From a virus: 19,509 bases of DNA. Where the stretch lies: the IMG/VR virus record IMGVR_UViG_3300045988_079527, positions 1-19,509 of that record; one strand, 5' to 3'. The notes under the pieces were generated by a model. It worked only from the letters and a program-made list of their open reading frames with translations. It was not told the DNA's origin and did no database searches. This document shows, one piece after another, positions 1 to 4,374 of this stretch (positions are counted from its first letter, which is position 1; every line of letters starts with the position of its first letter). A program made the translations under genes and the position numbers.

Positions 1-21
1 AAAAAAAACGTTATTTTTTTA

Positions 22-50
22 TTGACATCACGGTTTAACCGTGATAAAAT
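22..50 (+). promoter_or_regulatory. Sigma70-type promoter TTGACA-17 nt-TAAAAT whose whole spacer is the palindrome TCACGGTTTAACCGTGA
   Basis: -35 TTGACA at 22-27 and -10 TAAAAT at 45-50. The 17-nt spacer (28-44) is a perfect palindrome. An A/T-rich tract lies upstream (1-21). An SD plus ATG follows at 100. Confidence 0.7.
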
Positions 51-99
51 ATAGTCAAGGTTAAGGAATTAACCAAAAACAAAAGAAAGGAAGGACAGT

Positions 100-397
100 A
101 TGCTGAACCGAAGGCAAAAGAAAAAGGACCCTTGGTTGACACAACCAAGAGCCACAGTTAATGTAAAAGTAAAAAATATTGATCGTTTTATTGAATTGAA
201 TAACGATATCCGTAACAATAACATAGAAAGGGAGAATCAAAACGGATAAATTAAGTATTGACATCAATGTTTCTAATGTCGAGGAATTGGCCGAGGTTAG
301 TCAAGAAGTATCTAAAAAAGCCGAAGAATTGCAAGAAGCAATTAAACGGCTTAACGAGGTCAAGTTAAAATTAGAAACCAAGTTTCTTCATGATTAG
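100..397 (+). pseudogene. Small phage protein with two related ~20-aa repeat units, reading frame broken (+1) near 239-249
   Basis: ATG at 100 follows SD AAGGAAGG and gives a 49-aa ORF stopping at 247-249. The +1 frame is open from 227 to the stop at 395-397 and has no ATG/GTG/TTG start. It encodes [21 protein letters not shown], which resembles ATVNVKVKNIDRFIELNNDI in the first ORF. Both are below the ORF-track length cutoff. Confidence 0.4.
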
Positions 398-694
398 GAT
401 TTGCGCTGCAGCAGACATCATTTCTTTCCAAGTATCGAATTTTGTTTGTTCAGAAACAAAGACATCAAGGATTGATTCATCTGCTTTTTCAAATTCCTCT
501 GCATTGGATATTTTTTCTGGACTTGATAGTAAAAATTCATCAATGGTTGAAAAATTTGTGTGTTCAATCATGAATTGATCGGAGAAAATTTCTTTGAAAG
601 AATATTCGTGTGTACCAGCAACAGATTGAGCATTCTCTGAAAGCTGATCAAGACGGTTAGAAAAATCATCTAGTCCGTTGATTTTGAAAGTCAT
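371..694 (-). CDS. Hypothetical acidic cytoplasmic protein, 107 aa
   Basis: Perfect SD (AAAGGAGG, 8 nt before the ATG on the - strand). It has its own consensus-like promoter at 756-784. I recognise no family. Confidence 0.75.
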   Translation of the reverse strand: MTFKINGLDDFSNRLDQLSENAQSVAGTHEYSFKEIFSDQFMIEHTNFSTIDEFLLSSPEKISNAEEFEKADESILDVFVSEQTKFDTWKEMMSAAAQILIMKKLGF

Positions 695-755
695 ATTGTT
701 AACCTCCTTTCTGTTTAGATTTTGACTAAAACGCGAGAGGTCTTAATCAAGATAT

Positions 756-784
756 ATTGTAACCCAAATATATTTGATTTTCAA
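756..784 (-). promoter_or_regulatory. Minus-strand promoter TTGAAA-17 nt-TACAAT for the 107-aa gene, overlapped by an imperfect inverted repeat
   Basis: On the - strand, -35 TTGAAA is at 779-784 and -10 TACAAT at 756-761, with a 17-nt spacer. The inverted repeat AATCAAGATATATT (745-758) / AATATATTTGATT (767-779) covers the -10 and spacer. Confidence 0.6.
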
Positions 785-809
785 CATATTGTATAAGAAA
801 GGATTTAAT

Positions 810-1028
810 GTGCTTGAAAAACACAACATATGGTATTTTTTGATGTGGGATAAAATTGAAAAACAATTAAAAATAAAAGGCTGGTCGATGTATCGTTTAG
901 CCAAGGAATCAGGTGTCCATCCATCTAATTTTTCAAATCTCAAAGCTGGAAGATTAAAAGAGATGTCTTGGACGAATATGTGCAAATTAGCTGATGCACT
1001 GGAGGTCAGCTTGGACGAATTTAGATAG
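810..1028 (+). CDS. XRE-family helix-turn-helix regulator (about 72 aa from GTG 810, or 62 aa from ATG 843)
   Basis: It contains WSMYRLAKESGVHPSNFSNLKAGR...LADALEVSLDEF, a typical XRE HTH. SD GAAAGGA lies 6 nt before GTG 810, and no SD precedes ATG 843. Confidence 0.8.
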   Translation: MLEKHNIWYFLMWDKIEKQLKIKGWSMYRLAKESGVHPSNFSNLKAGRLKEMSWTNMCKLADALEVSLDEFR

Positions 1029-1039
1029 GAGGTGAAAGA

Positions 1040-1246
1040 ATGACACAGTTAACGCTGAAAATGTTGAGGGTTCGAAACAATTGGACTCAAGAGCAGGCAG
1101 CCAAAAAAGTTGGTGTTTCAAAAGAAACGTGGTCAAATTGGGAAAATTATAAAACGTATCCAGACATACCAAAATTAAAGAAGATTGAATCAGTGTTTGA
1201 AATATCGTACAACGATATTAAATTTTTAGATAAAATCACGGTTTAA
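1040..1246 (+). CDS. XRE-family helix-turn-helix regulator, 68 aa
   Basis: SD AGGAGGTG precedes the ATG. The HTH signature is WTQEQAAKKVGVSKETWSNWE. The stop codon TAA (1244-1246) is the centre of the second palindrome copy. Confidence 0.85.
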   Translation: MTQLTLKMLRVRNNWTQEQAAKKVGVSKETWSNWENYKTYPDIPKLKKIESVFEISYNDIKFLDKITV

Positions 1247-1252
1247 CCGTGA
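1236..1252. promoter_or_regulatory. Second exact copy of the 17-bp palindrome TCACGGTTTAACCGTGA (putative operator)
   Basis: It is identical to 28-44. The octamer GATAAAAT (1229-1236) abuts it on the 5' side, whereas in copy 1 the same octamer (43-50) abuts the 3' side. Confidence 0.6.
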
Positions 1253-1269
1253 CAAAGAAGATTGAAAAA

Positions 1270-1461
1270 ATGAATGAACTAGAAAAAACAGCCCTCAATG
1301 AAATATTGAGGAGTAGAAACATGAAACCAAAACGATATCCATATAGTGGAAAGAAAAAAGAATCAAACGCTATTTTGAATATAACGATTGATTCTAAAAG
1401 AATAGCAAATGTTTCTAATCTTGAATTTTGCCACATGAGACGCCGATTATTTGGTCAATAA
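1270..1461 (+). CDS. Possible small basic protein (63 aa; could start at GTG 1249)
   Basis: The frame is open with only a weak SD. It overlaps the convergent - strand gene by about 47 nt. The composition is basic (KPKRYPYSGKKKE). Confidence 0.35.
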   Translation: MNELEKTALNEILRSRNMKPKRYPYSGKKKESNAILNITIDSKRIANVSNLEFCHMRRRLFGQ

Positions 1462-1744
1462 ACAAATAAACAAATGGCATCGTCATTTTTTGATTTGAAC
1501 TAGTAACCAAAGTGACATCTACTAAGAGGATAGCTTCGAGTGGTTCGTCGCCGTCGAAAGTATGGCTTAAATTTTTATGAAACTCTAAAAATTTTTTTAT
1601 ACCATCATAAGTTTCATCAGGATTATCAGGAAGTAATTTTCCAAAGTATGTTCCAGCCGCTGTCGATATAGCAATATCATTATCAATTTCTGTGGCAAAG
1701 AATGCTATATCACCAACTAAGTCAAATTTTTTTGTAGTAGACAT
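1415..1744 (-). CDS. Hypothetical acidic protein, 109 aa, in the position usually held by a cI-type repressor but with no visible HTH
   Basis: SD AAAGGGGA precedes the ATG at 1744 (MSTTKKFDLVGD...). It has its own extended -10 promoter at 1827-1855. It is divergent from the Cro-like gene. Confidence 0.7.
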   Translation of the reverse strand: MSTTKKFDLVGDIAFFATEIDNDIAISTAAGTYFGKLLPDNPDETYDGIKKFLEFHKNLSHTFDGDEPLEAILLVDVTLVTSSNQKMTMPFVYLFIDQIIGVSCGKIQD

Positions 1745-1826
1745 ATTAATTCCCCTTTCCATAATATTTGACTAGCGATTTTCATAAGGAGATGAGAGGC
1801 CCTATTTAATCATTTGTCATGAATCA

Positions 1827-1855
1827 ATTATATCAGAAAGGATAGAATAACACAA
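1827..1855 (-). promoter_or_regulatory. Minus-strand promoter TTGTGT-17 nt-TGaTATAAT (extended -10)
   Basis: On the - strand, TATAAT is at 1827-1832 with the TG motif at 1834-1835. The -35 TTGTGT at 1850-1855 lies inside the palindrome AACACAA-TATG-TTGTGTT. Confidence 0.55.
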
Positions 1856-1899
1856 TATGTTGTGTTTTCAATACAATAAAAAACTATATATTGTGTTTT
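1849..1899. promoter_or_regulatory. Operator-like repeats: palindrome AACACAATATGTTGTGTT plus a direct repeat of ATATnTTGTGTTTT
   Basis: The palindrome spans 1849-1866. The direct repeat occurs at 1855-1868 and 1886-1899, just upstream of the Cro-like start. A lone AACACAA is also present at 819-825. Confidence 0.5.
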
Positions 1900-1909
1900 G
1901 GGATTAAAC

Positions 1910-2098
1910 ATGAAAAAAACTTTAAGCAAGTTACTTATTGACAGAGGAATGACAGTCACAGAGTTAGCTGAAAAGACTGGTATCAGCTATAACACGTTGA
2001 TGAACATCGGAAAGAGAGGCATTTCTTTCAGTAGAATGGCGAAAATCGCTGACGTTTTAGATGTCAGTTTAGACGAATTCAGAAAGGATAATACATGA
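1910..2098 (+). CDS. Cro-like XRE-family HTH regulator, 62 aa
   Basis: The HTH signature is MTVTELAEKTGISYNTLMNIGKRG...ADVLDVSLDEF. Its stop overlaps the next start (ATGA). The SD is weak, and the ORF track offers TTG 1898 as an alternative start. Confidence 0.8.
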   Translation: MKKTLSKLLIDRGMTVTELAEKTGISYNTLMNIGKRGISFSRMAKIADVLDVSLDEFRKDNT

Positions 2099-2823
2099 AC
2101 AATTTAATCAATATAACTTTAAACGAAAACCACGAACCAGTGGTATCTGGTAGACAGCTCCACGAAACACTAGGAGTTAAGACTAGATATAACGACTGGT
2201 TTAATCGCATGACTGAGTTTGGTTTTACCGAAAATGAAGACTACTTAGCTATTACTCAAAAAAGAGTAACAGCTCAAGGTAACGCAACCAACCAAACCGA
2301 CCACATCATCAAGCTAGACATGGCTAAAGAAATCGCCATGATTCAGCGAACCGACAAAGGAAAAGAAGTACGTCAATATTTCATCCAAGTCGAGAAAGAC
2401 TTCAATAGCCCAGAGAAAATCATGGCTAGGGCATTGCTAATGGCTGACAAGAAAGTCCATAAGCTAGAAGCACAGATTGAGGCTGATCGTCCTAAGGTGC
2501 TGTTCGCTGACGCTGTCAGTGCTAGCAAGTCATCTTGTCTAATCGGCGAACTGGCTAAAATCTTGAAACAGAACGGGATTGATATCGGTCAAAACAAGCT
2601 CTTTCAGTGGCTACGCTCTAACGGCTATCTAATTAGTCGCCGCGGGGATTCTTGGAATCAACCAACTCAAAAGAGTATGCAATTAAAGCTGTTTGAGTTG
2701 AAAGTAACAAATATTAATCACGCTGACGGCCATACAACTACCAACACGACAACTAAGGTCACTGGCAAGGGTCAACAGTATTTCGTCAACAAATTTCTTA
2801 ATCAAGAACGCTTAACGGTTTAG
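2095..2823 (+). CDS. Phage antirepressor (AntA-like N-terminal domain plus KilAC/ANT C-terminal domain)
   Basis: The N-terminus reads VSGRQLHETLGVKTRYNDWFNRMTEFGFTENEDYL. The C-terminus reads KVLFADAVSASKSSCLIGELAKILKQNGIDIGQNKLFQWLRSNGYL. Both patterns are typical of Ant proteins. Confidence 0.85.
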   Translation: MNNLINITLNENHEPVVSGRQLHETLGVKTRYNDWFNRMTEFGFTENEDYLAITQKRVTAQGNATNQTDHIIKLDMAKEIAMIQRTDKGKEVRQYFIQVEKDFNSPEKIMARALLMADKKVHKLEAQIEADRPKVLFADAVSASKSSCLIGELAKILKQNGIDIGQNKLFQWLRSNGYLISRRGDSWNQPTQKSMQLKLFELKVTNINHADGHTTTNTTTKVTGKGQQYFVNKFLNQERLTV

Positions 2824-2840
2824 ATCAGAAAGGAAACACT

Positions 2841-2981
2841 ATGAATGAAATCAAAATCCGTGAAGATAAAGTGTCCTTGGACGGTCAAGAGTTAAAAACT
2901 CTTACGGAATTTGAAATAAAAAGCACAACCGAGGACGGCTATGCAGAAGTGAAATTAACCTTACTTGCTAAGTTGACCTGA
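2841..2981 (+). CDS. Small hypothetical protein, 46 aa
   Basis: SD GAAAGGAAA lies 5-6 nt before the ATG. The ORF is below the track length cutoff. It is packed tightly between neighbouring genes. Confidence 0.55.
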   Translation: MNEIKIREDKVSLDGQELKTLTEFEIKSTTEDGYAEVKLTLLAKLT

Positions 2982-2994
2982 AAGGAGCAAAAAA

Positions 2995-3189
2995 ATGAAT
3001 CACATTCACGATTTTATCGAGTTCATGCAAAAAGGCCGCACAATCCCAGAATGGGACTTCACGACCTACATGTTCTTTACATTCTCAATGCTTGTTGGAA
3101 TTTTTATAATACTTCCTGTTCGATTTGAGAACTCTTTTGGAAAGAGACCAGAAGGCACCAAAGATAGGGACGCTAACGAAGGACATTAA
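2995..3189 (+). CDS. Small hypothetical protein, 64 aa; its 3' 105 nt is antisense to the - strand membrane gene
   Basis: SD AAAGGAG precedes the ATG. The C-terminal third may be an artefact of reading the antisense of the membrane gene. Confidence 0.5.
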   Translation: MNHIHDFIEFMQKGRTIPEWDFTTYMFFTFSMLVGIFIILPVRFENSFGKRPEGTKDRDANEGH

Positions 3190-3507
3190 ATTTCCAAATT
3201 GAGTATCAGACAGGACAATCAAGCAGTTTCTCAAAACGAGGAATCCAAAGATAGGCAAAGTGATGACAAAGCTATAAGTTATATCACCGTCTTTCTCAAA
3301 CTTGAAAAAGAGCAGAATGTCATGGATATAGCTTAACGCTAACATCGAAATGAATAAAGCGATACCAATCACTAGGCATAGATACGTCCAATTGATGTCG
3401 GCCAGCCTAGTCAAGGCTGAATGGCTATCTGGTGTTATACAGTGGAATTCAATGTACAGCAACCCAACGAACATCAGAAAAGCAGATATTTCAGATTTAT
3501 TCTTCAT
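3085..3507 (-). CDS. Integral membrane protein, 140 aa, about 4 predicted TM helices, basic C-terminus
   Basis: SD GAGG lies 7 nt before the ATG. There are four hydrophobic stretches: ISAFLMFVGLLYI, WTYLCLVIGIALFISMLALSYI, ITYSFVITLPIFGFLVL and LMSFVSVPIFGAFWSL. It has its own extended -10 promoter. Confidence 0.75.
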   Translation of the reverse strand: MKNKSEISAFLMFVGLLYIEFHCITPDSHSALTRLADINWTYLCLVIGIALFISMLALSYIHDILLFFKFEKDGDITYSFVITLPIFGFLVLRNCLIVLSDTQFGNLMSFVSVPIFGAFWSLSKRVLKSNRKYYKNSNKH

Positions 3508-3531
3508 GTCAAAACCTCGTTTTTATTAACT

Positions 3532-3558
3532 ATTATATCAAATGGAAAGGACTACCAA
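3532..3558 (-). promoter_or_regulatory. Minus-strand extended -10 promoter (TGaTATAAT) for the membrane protein gene
   Basis: On the - strand, TATAAT is at 3532-3537 and TG at 3539-3540. A weak -35 TTGGTA sits at 3553-3558, with a spacer of only 15 nt. The element overlaps the start codon of the + strand ORF at 3558. Confidence 0.55.
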
Positions 3559-3797
3559 TGGAAATCACCTACAAACCAGTCGGAGTTAACGAAACGGCTG
3601 AGTGGGGAGACTACGACCACCTCATGCAACGGTGGGAAGGTCTAGGGAAGTCAATGGCGAAGAACCTTATCCGAGAAATGAGGGACAACAAAGATTTTCG
3701 GGACTACGTATTCAACCCAACACATAAACTGGTTTTTATCAACTATGAGGGTTTTAAATCCTTCATCGAGTGGAAAACTAGAAACAGATTCAAATAA
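3558..3797 (+). CDS. Hypothetical early protein, 79 aa
   Basis: SD AAAGGA precedes ATG 3558 (MEITYKPVGVNE...). The longer track ORF starting at 3432 would run through the antisense gene's start and is unlikely. Confidence 0.6.
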   Translation: MEITYKPVGVNETAEWGDYDHLMQRWEGLGKSMAKNLIREMRDNKDFRDYVFNPTHKLVFINYEGFKSFIEWKTRNRFK

Positions 3798-3806
3798 CAT
3801 CAATAT

Positions 3807-3966
3807 CCCAACCGTAGCAGTGAGCTAACGAAGCAAAAAAATAATTATCCTTTTTTAAACAATATCAACAAAAAGCCTACCAAGTGGCTAGCGGTAAGCA
3901 CGTAAACATATCATTAACGATGACTCCTAAATTTAAATGCTTCGTTAGCTTGTTGGTGCGGTTGGG
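3807..3966 (+). ncRNA. Candidate structured RNA: 29-bp long-range helix closing a 102-nt interior
   Basis: 3807-3835 pairs with 3938-3966 as 24 Watson-Crick pairs, 4 G-U pairs and 1 mismatch. The G-U pairs would be C-A mismatches on the - strand. No ORF lies inside. Confidence 0.4.
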
Positions 3967-3990
3967 TAATAGAAGAAAGGAAATAAATAA

Positions 3991-4155
3991 ATGAAAGTAT
4001 CAAAACTATTTAGCTGGATTTGGTCTAAAAAACAACCACAACAAGAGTGCTTCTTCGAGCCAGTATGGACACCACGAGAAATCAACGACCAGAAATATGA
4101 AGCACGTCAGAGACGTGAGCGGTATCTAGCCGCTAAGTATCTTAACAGTAAATAG
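3991..4155 (+). CDS. Small hypothetical protein, 54 aa
   Basis: SD GAAAGGA precedes the ATG (MKVSKLFSWIWSKKQ...). A GC-rich hairpin follows at 4179-4194. Confidence 0.5.
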   Translation: MKVSKLFSWIWSKKQPQQECFFEPVWTPREINDQKYEARQRRERYLAAKYLNSK

Positions 4156-4374
4156 ATCATCAATCTTTCAGCGTGCAGCCACGGCCTGCCGTGGAGTGTA
4201 ACTTATACCTTTCCCCAAAAAATCTTTACTAAATTACTTTTTTCCTAATTTTCCCATTCATAAGTCTAATAAAACATTGAAATACGACACGGTGGGTCAT
4301 GGGTGCACGTTGAAGGCACTAAAAAAGCATGGGTTAGGGCCCATGCAAGAAATAACATCTAAGGAGATTATACC

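Noticed and set aside
61-267. Minus-strand 68-aa hydrophobic ORF
   Set aside because: It has a TTG/ATG start with no SD. It lies antisense to an SD-supported + strand ORF directly downstream of a consensus promoter. Its hydrophobicity is explained by reading A-rich coding DNA in reverse.
4179-4194. GC-rich hairpin CCACGG-CCTG-CCGTGG after ORF 3991-4155 as a terminator isolating the adhesin cassette
   Set aside because: The stem is only 6 bp and no U tract follows. I also could not identify a convincing sigma70 promoter between 4195 and 4360, so an independent adhesin transcription unit is not demonstrated.
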